A stretch of DNA of 32,263 bases from Candidatus Tayloriibacteriota bacterium (GCA_043742445.1 JAYTYJ010000008.1:1-32263), one strand, 5' to 3'. Positions 9,025-17,187 are shown, counted from the stretch's first letter. The notes: generated by a model from the sequence alone, not told the origin. Numbers and translations are program-made.

Positions 9025-9711
9025 TTAATTATACCATTCAATTTCTTTCTTACCCCATTTCTTCAGATAATCGTTTGTTTTACTAAATGGTTTTGATCCA
9101 AAGAATCCATCATAAGCCGAAAATGGGGAAGGGTGTGGTGATTCTATAATGAGGTGTCTCGATCGATCGATGGATGATCCTTTTTTCTTTGCATAATTTC
9201 CCCATAGAATAAAAACAATATGCTCACTCTTTTCAGAGAGGGTTCTAATGACTGCATCAGTAAACTGTTCCCAACCTCTACCTTGGTGAGAACCTGGTGA
9301 TGCAGCTTTTACTGTGAGAGTGGCATTTAAAAGTAAAACGCCTTGCTTCGCCCATTGGGAAAGGTCACCACTTTTTATAACTGGTTTTTTAAAATCAGCT
9401 TCGATTTCCTTAAAAATATTTCTAAGAGAGGGTGGAAGAGGAATATTTTCATTAACTGCAAAAGATAGCCCGTTTGCTTGATGTTTGCCATGATATGGAT
9501 CTTGCCCGAGAATCACAACTTTTACCTCATCAAAGTGACAAAGTTCAAATGCTCTGAAGATGTCTTTGGGAGGAGGATAGACAGTAGACTTCGCGCATTC
9601 CTTACGAACAAAATCAGTAAGCTCTTTGAAATAGGGTTTTCCAAATTCATCTTTCAAAACATTCTTCCAAGATTTTTCGATTTTGACTCCACGATCTTTT
9701 ACAATTTCCAT
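9025..9711 (-). CDS. ung: uracil-DNA glycosylase (family 1)
   Basis: Motifs VVILGQDPYHG and HPSPFSA, plus LLLNATLTV; 228 aa. Confidence 0.95.
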   Translation of the reverse strand: MEIVKDRGVKIEKSWKNVLKDEFGKPYFKELTDFVRKECAKSTVYPPPKDIFRAFELCHFDEVKVVILGQDPYHGKHQANGLSFAVNENIPLPPSLRNIFKEIEADFKKPVIKSGDLSQWAKQGVLLLNATLTVKAASPGSHQGRGWEQFTDAVIRTLSEKSEHIVFILWGNYAKKKGSSIDRSRHLIIESPHPSPFSAYDGFFGSKPFSKTNDYLKKWGKKEIEWYN

Positions 9712-9736
9712 AAAGTTCTCTATATCATCAGTTAAA

Positions 9737-10528
9737 TTATAACACGCTGTAATGTTTATTTTTTAAAATAATAAACCCTTCCTTTTGTAGATTAATCAAA
9801 TTGTCAGATATATCTTTCTCGAATATCTTGCGGAGTGAAGGTTCTGTCCCCGGTTTTTTCAAGAGTTCTCTCAAAATCATGGCACGTAACTCACGATTTG
9901 AACCTTTGAATTTCGATTGCTTTACGTGGTGCTTACTTTGTCGTGATGGATTTTTCTTAGTTTTTTTTAAAAAAGATCCATAATCCATTAGAGCGTAATA
10001 CCATTCTCGGGGATTATTTTTATCAAGAGTCTTTTCTATCAGAACTAAAAGATCTTTATCACGTACATCCCTTTTGTCTTTAAAAAAGAAATGTATAAAG
10101 ACGCTGCGAATGTTTGTTTCGATAAAAACAACTGGAATATTAAAAGCAAAAGCTAAAATAGAGCCAGCTGTGTTCGGACCGATACCTGGAAGATCTGCTA
10201 ATTTCTCGTAGTTTTTTGGAAGTCGACCTGTATATATGTCCTCGACAACCTTTGCTATCTTCTGGAGGCTGACTGCACGCCTATTATATCCAAGTCCTTG
10301 CCATTCCTTAAGAACTCTAGAAAGAGGGGCTTTCGTGAGAGATGTAAAATCTGGAAACTTTTTAATAAAACTTTCAAACTTCGGCGCGACCCGTGAAGCT
10401 TGAGTCTGCTGAAGCATGATTTCGGAAACCACGATATTGTACGGAGAAAAATTTTCTCGCCAAGGCATAGAACGAGCATTCTCTTTATAATAGTTCCAGA
10501 TTATTTTCTTGAAAGAGGAATGGTTCAT
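9737..10528 (-). CDS. HhH-GPD base-excision glycosylase, MutY-like, short form
   Basis: PWRENFSPYNIVVSEIMLQQTQASRV and LPGIGPNTAGSILAFAF (HhH) match the MutY/Nth N-terminal domain. The tracked ORF extends to 10555. The ATG at 10528-10526 forms an ATGA overlap with the mscL stop, so I prefer it as the start. Confidence 0.8.
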   Translation of the reverse strand: MNHSSFKKIIWNYYKENARSMPWRENFSPYNIVVSEIMLQQTQASRVAPKFESFIKKFPDFTSLTKAPLSRVLKEWQGLGYNRRAVSLQKIAKVVEDIYTGRLPKNYEKLADLPGIGPNTAGSILAFAFNIPVVFIETNIRSVFIHFFFKDKRDVRDKDLLVLIEKTLDKNNPREWYYALMDYGSFLKKTKKNPSRQSKHHVKQSKFKGSNRELRAMILRELLKKPGTEPSLRKIFEKDISDNLINLQKEGFIILKNKHYSVL

Positions 10529-10929
10529 ACGACTGCTTGTGTGCAGTGTGAGCAACGCTTTGCTTCGCGAGGGATTTCACTCAGACATTCTGGGCATTTC
10601 TTTGTGGTTGGGTCGACAGGAGCCTCTTTACTTTTTGATTTTGAAATAATGATATTGATTGGCTTAATAATAAAGAAAAAAATTGTTGTTGCGACCAGAA
10701 TAAAAGAAATTAGGGCATTAATAAAATGTCCGTACATGAATTTACTTTCATTGATCGTAAAAGTAAGTGTGCTGAAGTCTGGGACTTTAGCAATCGCTGC
10801 GATGAATGGGGTAATAATGTCACCAACAAGTGCTGTCACTACCGCACCAAAAGCCCCTCCGATAACCACACCAACAGCCAGATCGACAACATTACCTCTA
10901 AGTAAAAATTGTTTAAATTCTTTTAACAC
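10525..10929 (-). CDS. mscL: large-conductance mechanosensitive channel MscL with a C-terminal zinc-ribbon tail
   Basis: The N-terminus MLKEFKQFLLRGNVVDLAVGVVIGGAFGAVV is canonical MscL. The C-terminus carries CPEC-x10-CSHC. Confidence 0.9.
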   Translation of the reverse strand: MLKEFKQFLLRGNVVDLAVGVVIGGAFGAVVTALVGDIITPFIAAIAKVPDFSTLTFTINESKFMYGHFINALISFILVATTIFFFIIKPINIIISKSKSKEAPVDPTTKKCPECLSEIPREAKRCSHCTQAVV

Positions 10930-10938
10930 TTTAGTGCT

Positions 10939-11295
10939 TTAGACTGCCACAGTTACATTCTTTGGGTTTGATCCGTATTCATTATCTCCTGGCTGACTAT
11001 CAAGGGCAAAGTAAACGATAAGGACGATGATTCCAATAATCGGGATAAGACCGATGAGTAACCACCAAGCACTTCGATTTGTATCATGAAGGCGTCGTGC
11101 AGCTACTGCAATGCTTGGTATTAATACCAAGAGGGAATAGATTCCAGATATAAAGTTGAGATGCAGTTGGGTCTCAATCAATGCAGCGAGTATAGAAATA
11201 ATAAAGTTTATAAGAACGAACATCCAATACTCTTTTCGTGATGCTCTTCCGCTAAAGACTAAATACTTTTTTAAAACATCTGTGTAATAATTCAT
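10939..11295 (-). CDS. DUF805 family inner membrane protein
   Basis: FSGRASRKEYWMF and AVAARRLHDTNRSAWWLL are hallmark DUF805 (YhaH/YhaI-like) motifs; 118 aa. Confidence 0.85.
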   Translation of the reverse strand: MNYYTDVLKKYLVFSGRASRKEYWMFVLINFIISILAALIETQLHLNFISGIYSLLVLIPSIAVAARRLHDTNRSAWWLLIGLIPIIGIIVLIVYFALDSQPGDNEYGSNPKNVTVAV

Positions 11296-11440
11296 ACTTT
11301 TATTTTTTTATATTCTTGAATAGTGCCATTATAGTAGCATATTTTTGTATTTGGGGTGGGGATTGAGAGTTAAGTACCCTATGGGTGAAGCACCCCAGTT
11401 TCCTGATGTGGGGATATAACACACTAAACCTAGACATATA

Positions 11441-11469
11441 TTGACTTTCGTGTTATGGTATGCTATACT
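11441..11469 (+). promoter_or_regulatory. near-consensus promoter, TTGACT-17 nt-TATACT
   Basis: TTGACT at 11441-11446 and TATACT at 11464-11469. The ATG at 11479 is 9 nt downstream. The upstream ATG at 11455 lies inside the promoter spacer, so it is unlikely to be the start. Confidence 0.55.
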
Positions 11470-11478
11470 CTATGGCAG

Positions 11479-11688
11479 ATGAACGCTTTACTATCTCAGC
11501 TCTTTGGCTTTGTTCTTGTTATTCTCATCATGTCCTTCGGAATGGGTATGATAGTAGGAGGGTCGGACAAGGGCAAAAAAATCGTCTCATGGGAGCTCAA
11601 GCAGCTTACCAAATTCGGGCGGTGGATCCTGAAGCAACTACTTCAACTCATCGCGGATGTGTGCAAATGGGCACACAAGAAACTGTAA
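11479..11688 (+). CDS. small hypothetical membrane protein (69 aa)
   Basis: One N-terminal hydrophobic helix (LFGFVLVILIMSFGMGMIVGG) followed by a basic amphipathic tail. It is bracketed by a strong promoter and a hairpin terminator. An alternative frame (11460-11837) is also open. Confidence 0.45.
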   Translation: MNALLSQLFGFVLVILIMSFGMGMIVGGSDKGKKIVSWELKQLTKFGRWILKQLLQLIADVCKWAHKKL

Positions 11689-11690
11689 CC

Positions 11691-11728
11691 AAAGGCGAGC
11701 AGTCACAACTGCCCGCCTTTAACCTTTT
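11691..11728 (+). terminator. hairpin terminator candidate
   Basis: AAAGGCGAGCAG (11691-11702) pairs with CTGCCCGCCTTT (11709-11720) with one mismatch. It is followed by AACCTTTT, a weak U tract. Confidence 0.4.
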
Positions 11729-11922
11729 ACCTCAGCCACTTCCGTGCCCTCCAGCTTTCTCGTCCCTCCAATTCTCGATATCAATACTCGCCGAATATAT
11801 TTGGCTCATATTGCTCTTGGCGGGACATTCGGGTTAAGTACCAGAGTAGTGATACACCGTAAGGGTATTTTAGCATTTTTGGACTAGCTAGTCTGAGGCA
11901 GCAATGACTCAAACTATAGACA

Positions 11923-11951
11923 TTTACAGGTAAATGTTGTAACGTTATTAA
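11923..11951 (+). promoter_or_regulatory. promoter candidate, TTTACA-17 nt-TATTAA
   Basis: Hexamers were read directly. The leader contains GAGGAAA at about 11961, an SD-like element that is rare in this window. Confidence 0.35.
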
Positions 11952-11984
11952 ACCTCACTCGAGGAAACTGAACCCGCTCTTTAC

Positions 11985-12986
11985 ATGAACACTGAAATAC
12001 TCAATCAAATCGGAAACACTCCGTTGATTGAGTTCAATGGACCCGTTCCAAATCAAAACCGCATCTGGATCAAACTGGAATGCAACAATCCTTTTGGAAG
12101 TCATTATGATCGCGTCTATCTGGCACTTTTTAGGCACTTTGAAACACAAGGCCTAATCAAACCAGGTGACACTGTTATCGAGACAACTTCTGGATCGGCT
12201 GGAGTTTCTTTTGCAGGGATAGGAAGATTGCTTGGCTATAAATGCCTCGTCGCCATTCCTGAGGGTGGAGAAAAAGCTCGCGAAGACGCAATCAAACGCG
12301 AAGGAGCTGAGCTTATATTCACTCCTGCTGATTCCTATGTCAGTGGATTCCCGCGTTTCATCAAGAAGTTTCTTGTTACACATCGTGATATCTTTTTCCT
12401 AAACCATTCAATGGGACCGCGGAATACAGAAAACACGGTGGTGACAAGCGCCCTCGGTGGAATTGCCAAAGAACTTCAACAACAGCTAGACCCTCTCGAC
12501 TACTTCATTGCTGCGGTTGGCAACGGTTCAAGCATCCTCGGTCCTGGAAGAATTCTTCGGAACAAAACCAGAATCGTGACGTTTGAACCTTTTCAATCCG
12601 CTGTAGCTTTTGAGCTTATGTATCCTAATCGATACGAAGAAATGTATGGGATTAAACCCGGAACCCTTCCTCGACATCGGATGCCTGGCACAAGTTATCA
12701 AGGTATTGATTTTCCACATATCCGCATTGCTTTCAAAGATGAGTGTCTGGTTTCAGAAACCCATCTCGTAAGCGACGCTAAAATGGACGAACAATACTTG
12801 GCAGTGACTAGAAGGGATGATGCCCAAGGTCTTCCACATTGGGACTCCATCCAACTTCCATACGGTCGAACCACACAAGCAGGACTCGTTGTCGCACTTC
12901 GGGTCGCAGAAACAGTTATGAACAAAAACTTCGTGATTGTTGCCTACGACAAACCAGATCGCTATGATCAAACAACCCACCCTTAA
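11985..12986 (+). CDS. PALP-fold (cysteine synthase/CBS-like) protein lacking the canonical PLP lysine
   Basis: IGNTPLIEF..IKLECNNPFGSHYDR..PGDTVIETTSGSAGVSFA..GAELIFT aligns by eye to CysK (NPSFSVKCR, TSGNTG). The Schiff-base Lys position reads Tyr. The gene is GC-richer than its neighbours. Confidence 0.8.
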   Translation: MNTEILNQIGNTPLIEFNGPVPNQNRIWIKLECNNPFGSHYDRVYLALFRHFETQGLIKPGDTVIETTSGSAGVSFAGIGRLLGYKCLVAIPEGGEKAREDAIKREGAELIFTPADSYVSGFPRFIKKFLVTHRDIFFLNHSMGPRNTENTVVTSALGGIAKELQQQLDPLDYFIAAVGNGSSILGPGRILRNKTRIVTFEPFQSAVAFELMYPNRYEEMYGIKPGTLPRHRMPGTSYQGIDFPHIRIAFKDECLVSETHLVSDAKMDEQYLAVTRRDDAQGLPHWDSIQLPYGRTTQAGLVVALRVAETVMNKNFVIVAYDKPDRYDQTTHP

Positions 12987-13028
12987 CCAGAGAATCTATC
13001 TCGTTTTGGGGTGGGTTTTCTGTTTTTT
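12974..13028 (+). terminator. terminator candidate (9-bp stem, large loop, T run)
   Basis: AACCCACCC (12974-12982) pairs with GGGTGGGTT (13009-13017), followed by TTCTGTTTTTT. Confidence 0.35.
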
Positions 13029-13088
13029 AATTAACTGGGTCGCACTGCCTTCATAGGCATATGAGTTGACTCCGATACTTTATTTTCT

Positions 13089-13179
13089 TGGCGGAACCGG
13101 AGGGATTCGAACCCTCGAGACCTTTAAAGGGCCTGCCTCTTTAGCAAAGAGGTATGTTAGACCACTCCACCACGGTTCC
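13089..13179 (-). tRNA. tRNA-Ser, anticodon GCU, class II, CCA encoded
   Basis: Reverse complement: GGAACCG-TG-GTG..CAT-A-CCTCT-TTGCTAA-AGAGG-long variable arm-GAGGG-TTCGAAT-CCCTC-CGGTTCC-G-CCA. Confidence 0.9.
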
Positions 13180-13226
13180 AGTCAAAATCATTCTTGCATG
13201 AAATGAGTATTTAATCAAAACTGGAA

Positions 13227-14324
13227 TTATTTAAATCGCAAAGGATCAATAACTTCTTGTGCATCAAAAAATTCATTCAAAAGATGCGGTGTTTTTATGA
13301 GTCTTATCCCATCGATATTTGCTCGATCCATCATCATATAGTTCGGGAAGTACCTTAGAAATAAATCCATCCCTACACCAAATAAGACTTTGAATCCTTT
13401 TGATACTAGATAATTCCTTCGAGCATCATTTGGTTGAAAGACTTGTCCAAAAGGTCCAATAAAAATATCAGTATCTCCGACAAGCGGTCTAACATCCCTA
13501 TCCCAGAGTTCCGTATCTCGAGTCAGTTCGGCAAGTTTGATCGTATCATTTCTAAAAGAAGGTTCATGAGAATAACTGTGACTAGAAAATATCCAGCCAG
13601 TTTCTTTTAATCTCTTTACTATAGCTTTTGCTCCAGCGACCTCATGTAAATATGTTGGAGATTGTTTGAGGTGAGTGTCATATCCAAGTATTCCTTGATA
13701 CCCTGTAACCGCAATAATTCCTTTTGCTCCTTTCCATGAAAAATCAGGGTGAAGTTTGATAAAATCATCAATGATTGGAATAGTGTCACCATTTCGTGTT
13801 ACAACCGTCTGTTTTTCAGGAGTAGTTACTTCTGTTGCTACATTTCCATCAGCATCCAATACCAGTTTATTAGCAAAACCGTGTAGTCTTTTTGCTGTAT
13901 AGTAATTTACATCATCAAGAGAAAGGATAAGTGGCTTTTTACCCACTGGAATGTATAAATCTTTTTTCGTGATTGTACCATCAGCATTTGTTGTAAAAAG
14001 GGAATGTGCATTAATTAAAATAAAATTGTTTTTATAAAGTATGGGAAGGATTTTTTCAAACTCGCTTTTTGTAACCATGTAGTCTTGATACCCTTGGCTA
14101 TCTGAACCGGAATGAAAGGCTAATTCTGGATAAATGATGAGGCTATGGAAAAATACATGATATATTTTTCCAGTATAGAGTGCTGTTTTGATTACTGGAG
14201 GTGGTGGGGGAGGTGGCGCAATCGGCTCGGGTTTTTTAAAAGAAAAAGCGTGAATTATTCCAAAATAGATAGCACAAAAACATAAAAGAGTGATAATTGA
14301 GATTAGGTTTTTATTGTTTTTCAT
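13227..14324 (-). CDS. membrane-anchored polysaccharide deacetylase (NodB-like)
   Basis: N-terminal signal anchor, a PPPPPPP linker, LSLDDVNYY (Asp-Asp motif) and HSYSH (H-x-x-x-H motif). Confidence 0.75.
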   Translation of the reverse strand: MKNNKNLISIITLLCFCAIYFGIIHAFSFKKPEPIAPPPPPPPVIKTALYTGKIYHVFFHSLIIYPELAFHSGSDSQGYQDYMVTKSEFEKILPILYKNNFILINAHSLFTTNADGTITKKDLYIPVGKKPLILSLDDVNYYTAKRLHGFANKLVLDADGNVATEVTTPEKQTVVTRNGDTIPIIDDFIKLHPDFSWKGAKGIIAVTGYQGILGYDTHLKQSPTYLHEVAGAKAIVKRLKETGWIFSSHSYSHEPSFRNDTIKLAELTRDTELWDRDVRPLVGDTDIFIGPFGQVFQPNDARRNYLVSKGFKVLFGVGMDLFLRYFPNYMMMDRANIDGIRLIKTPHLLNEFFDAQEVIDPLRFK

Positions 14325-14345
14325 GCCGTTTGCTGTAATATATCA

Positions 14346-15965
14346 CTAATTTTTTTTAATAGCATTTTTTATATCTTCAAATGTTCCGCCGACTTTTTTA
14401 CCTGGATTAAATATAGTGTCAGGATCGAAGATGTTTTTTGTCTCTTTAAAAAAGCCTACGATTTCATCACCAAATTGCTGTCGTAGATACGGAGTGCGGA
14501 TTATTCCATCATTATGTTCTGCTGTGATTGATCCTTTATAGTGTTTTACTAAAGAATATATTTTTTCTGAGAGTTTGAGGATAGTGTCTGATGAAAAAGG
14601 GGACTTTAGATCCATAAGAGGTATGATGTGAAAATTTCCATTTCCCAAATGACCCGCGACAGTATAGTCAAGTTTATAATCATCAAGGAGAGCTTTCACT
14701 TTGGGTAGAAATTCAGGAAGATATTCTGGCTTCACGATTATGTCGTCAATAAACGGTGCTGTTCTTTTTCCTCCAGAATGTTTTCTTAAAAGATTGAAAC
14801 TTTCATGTCGTATACTCCAATATTTATTGGCTTCAGCGCTTGAATGAGCTATATGCATGTGGAATCCAAAATGTTTGATCTTATCTCTAACTTCGACGAG
14901 TTTATTTTTAACTTCATTTTCACTTTGGCCTGCAAACTCTATCATTAAAATAAGTTTTGGAATTCCACCTAGAGTAACCATCCATGTTTCAGGAATAAAT
15001 TGGAAGCCGAGTTTAATAGCCCCCCAAAATCCCAATTGCTTGAAAAAATCAAAAAAGAATCGAACAGCAAGGAACATACTTTTATCGTCATAGGTTTCGA
15101 GACTGTCTGGTCTAAAAGGAAGAATTTCTGTTACGAGTTTACTTACATCATCAAGAGAGGGAAGGAAAACAGCGAGAATGTTTGAATATTTTTCAAAAGG
15201 GACGAGTTTGAAATTTATTTCCGTGATGATTCCCAATGTCCCTTGTGATCCAACAATGAGCTGACAAAGATCAAACATTTCTGTTTGTTTATCATAAACG
15301 TTCCAGAGATAGTAACCCGCGGAATTTTTTGAAACGTCGGGCTTGGCAGCTTTTATTGTTTCATAGTGTGAATTTATTAAATTAAAAACGTCTTTATAAT
15401 ATGGATTTGAGATCTCATTTTTTTTTATTGGTTTTATTTCATATTCATTCCCATCATCAAGAATTATTTTAAGATAATTAATATAATTTTCAGTCTTACC
15501 GTATTTTATAGCTTTTTCCCCGCCACTATTATTTCCGACCATTCCACCAACAGCGTTTATTTCTCTTGAAGCAGTAAAAGCCGGCATATACGATCCAACT
15601 TCTTTGGTGGCTTTGTCAAAGTCTCTATAAAAACAGCCAGGTTCAACTATGGCATAAGCTGTATCTACTTTGATAATTTTATTCATATATCTAGTGGTGT
15701 CGAGAATAATAGAATTTCCGATTGCGGCCCCTGACATATCAGTTCCTGCTGCACGGGCAGTGATGGAAAGAGTGGGGTACTTTAATCGATTGTTGTGTAC
15801 CCATTTTACGAGTGTTTGAATGTCACTAGAATCCTTTGGGTACATGACAACTTCGGGTTTGATTTCGAAAAGACTTGCATCATGGGAATATGTGATAAGT
15901 GTTTCTTCTAGGAGATCAATATCACCTTTAAAAAGTGGTCTTAAAGAGTCGAATTTATTATTCAT
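14346..15965 (-). CDS. FAD-linked oxidase (GlcD / D-lactate dehydrogenase family)
   Basis: 539 aa with an N-terminal PCMH-type FAD-binding domain (VVMYPKDSSDIQTLVKW, ITARAAGTDMSGAAIG, GGMVGNNSGG) and a C-terminal FAD-oxidase_C-like region. Confidence 0.88.
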   Translation of the reverse strand: MNNKFDSLRPLFKGDIDLLEETLITYSHDASLFEIKPEVVMYPKDSSDIQTLVKWVHNNRLKYPTLSITARAAGTDMSGAAIGNSIILDTTRYMNKIIKVDTAYAIVEPGCFYRDFDKATKEVGSYMPAFTASREINAVGGMVGNNSGGEKAIKYGKTENYINYLKIILDDGNEYEIKPIKKNEISNPYYKDVFNLINSHYETIKAAKPDVSKNSAGYYLWNVYDKQTEMFDLCQLIVGSQGTLGIITEINFKLVPFEKYSNILAVFLPSLDDVSKLVTEILPFRPDSLETYDDKSMFLAVRFFFDFFKQLGFWGAIKLGFQFIPETWMVTLGGIPKLILMIEFAGQSENEVKNKLVEVRDKIKHFGFHMHIAHSSAEANKYWSIRHESFNLLRKHSGGKRTAPFIDDIIVKPEYLPEFLPKVKALLDDYKLDYTVAGHLGNGNFHIIPLMDLKSPFSSDTILKLSEKIYSLVKHYKGSITAEHNDGIIRTPYLRQQFGDEIVGFFKETKNIFDPDTIFNPGKKVGGTFEDIKNAIKKN

Positions 15966-15972
15966 GGATATG

Positions 15973-15978
15973 ATTATA
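15973..15978 (-). promoter_or_regulatory. -10 box for the FAD-oxidase operon in leaderless geometry
   Basis: The minus strand reads TATAAT-CATATCC-ATG, so the hexamer is 7 nt before the start. Confidence 0.5.
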
Positions 15979-16023
15979 GCAATATTTGTAAAAGCGACAT
16001 AATTTACGTATAGTAGTGTGATT

Positions 16024-16110
16024 GGAAAGATGGGTGAGTGGTTTAAACCAGCGGTTTACTAAACCGCCGTTCCTTAATTGGAACCGCGAGTTCGAATCTC
16101 GCTCTTTCCG
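16024..16110 (+). tRNA. class II Ser-type tRNA with apparent anticodon ACU
   Basis: GGAAAGA-TG-GGT..ACC-A-GCGGT-TTACTAA-ACCGC-C-GTTCC-TTAATT-GGAAC-C-GCGAG-TTCGAAT-CTCGC-TCTTTCC-G. All stems are Watson-Crick. It has a 3-bp D stem, a long variable arm and G73, as in tRNA-Ser. The 7-nt loop places A-C-U at positions 34-36. Confidence 0.75.
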
Positions 16111-16204
16111 CAGATTGAAACTTCGCGGCGGCATTTTCTGCCCGCCCTCTCGCCTTGCCGCTTGTTTCCACTCTGATTTTTTCGCGGGGGAATTCAAAAA
16201 AGGA

Positions 16205-16351
16205 ATGTCGCAAGGGGATATTGCGCGAGCGTTGAAGGTGCTCCGCGCGTACATTAGCGGGATTAAAAATGGTAAGAGAAATCAAACCCTTGCGATAATC
16301 AAAAAATTTTCTGATGCGCTTACTGTGTCAGCTGATGAATTGTTGAGATAA
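16205..16351 (+). CDS. XRE-family helix-turn-helix protein, short or 5'-truncated
   Basis: MSQGDIARALKVLRAYISGIKNGKRNQTLAIIKKFSDALTVSADELL matches HTH_3 helices 2-5. The in-frame upstream sequence (FFAGEFKKG) looks like helix 1 but has no start codon and runs into the tRNA. Confidence 0.55.
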   Translation: MSQGDIARALKVLRAYISGIKNGKRNQTLAIIKKFSDALTVSADELLR

Positions 16352-16372
16352 TTTTAGTATAATTACAATCGT

Positions 16373-16924
16373 ATGGAAAATATGGATAAAAGTATCCCAT
16401 CACCGGAATCAAAAGAAAAAATAAAGTTTGTTCCCGTCAGAATTTTTTCCACGGGCGGAACAATAGATTCTTCTCCCGACTACGACCCAACTAAGAAAAG
16501 TGTTTTTCAAGGAACGTATCTTCCACAAATGTTTTCGCAAGCAAGGTTGCCTGAAGAAGCAATCATTGAACCGCTTATGCAAAAGGAATCCATGGATTTA
16601 ACTGCGGAGGACAGACAAGTAATGCTTGACCACTGCATTCAATCGTCCCAAGACAGAATATTGATTACACATGGGACGGACACGATTGCTGAAACTGCCA
16701 AATTTCTCGGTGAAAAAGGCGTTGGAAATAAGACCGTAGTGTTGGTAGGTTCATTTGTTCCTTTGTCGCAACCAAACTCTGATGCGCATTTCAATCTCGG
16801 ATATTCAATGGCGGCCGCACAATTACTTCCTGCCGGAGTGTGGGTTGCAGTAAATGGAGAAGTATTTGAATGGGACAATGTTCAAAAGAATAGAGATAAA
16901 ATGAGGTTTGAGCAGATAAAGTGA
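16373..16924 (+). CDS. L-asparaginase-family protein, N-terminal catalytic domain only
   Basis: STGGTIDS (catalytic Thr motif) and ITHGTDTIAETA (second Thr motif). At 183 aa it lacks the C-terminal domain of type I/II asparaginases. TATAAT at 16358-16363 lies 9 nt before the ATG. Confidence 0.8.
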   Translation: MENMDKSIPSPESKEKIKFVPVRIFSTGGTIDSSPDYDPTKKSVFQGTYLPQMFSQARLPEEAIIEPLMQKESMDLTAEDRQVMLDHCIQSSQDRILITHGTDTIAETAKFLGEKGVGNKTVVLVGSFVPLSQPNSDAHFNLGYSMAAAQLLPAGVWVAVNGEVFEWDNVQKNRDKMRFEQIK

Positions 16925-17187
16925 GTAGCAGCAGAGGGAGCCATTCCCGTCGTTTTATAATGTCTCCTCAAAACGGCGGGAATGATGTGTGCGCACGGGA
17001 GGGAGGGGCAAGTACAATAGAAATATGATGCGCTTTAGCGCAACCAAATTTTTGTCGGCTTCGGGTAGAAAAGAACACTCTTGTCTTTCGACCTTCTCCA
17101 ATAAGGGGTTCCATACCGGCCGAAAACGATGAGTTCATGTTGCGGCAGGTAATCTTTGTGGCCGATGTCGTCCGTAGACATCCGACC

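Noticed and set aside
10400-10942. A 180-aa plus-strand ORF.
   Set aside because: It is antisense to the well-supported mscL and MutY-like genes, and its composition mirrors theirs.
11460-11837. A 125-aa alternative-frame ORF over the small-ORF cassette.
   Set aside because: It runs through the terminator hairpin and has a Pro/Cys/Ser-rich sequence without structure. The hydrophobic 69-aa frame fits the promoter and terminator better.
16022-16351. The 109-aa tracked ORF as the full XRE gene.
   Set aside because: Its first ~30 codons are the tRNA gene itself (16024-16110). Only the part from about 16170 resembles an HTH domain.
17083-17092. A possible degenerate attR copy of the ACU tRNA 3' end (CTC..TCTTTC). 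A similar possibility is GGGGATTGAGA at about 11357 for tRNA-Ser(GCU).
   Set aside because: The matches are short (6-9 nt) and indistinguishable from chance by eye.
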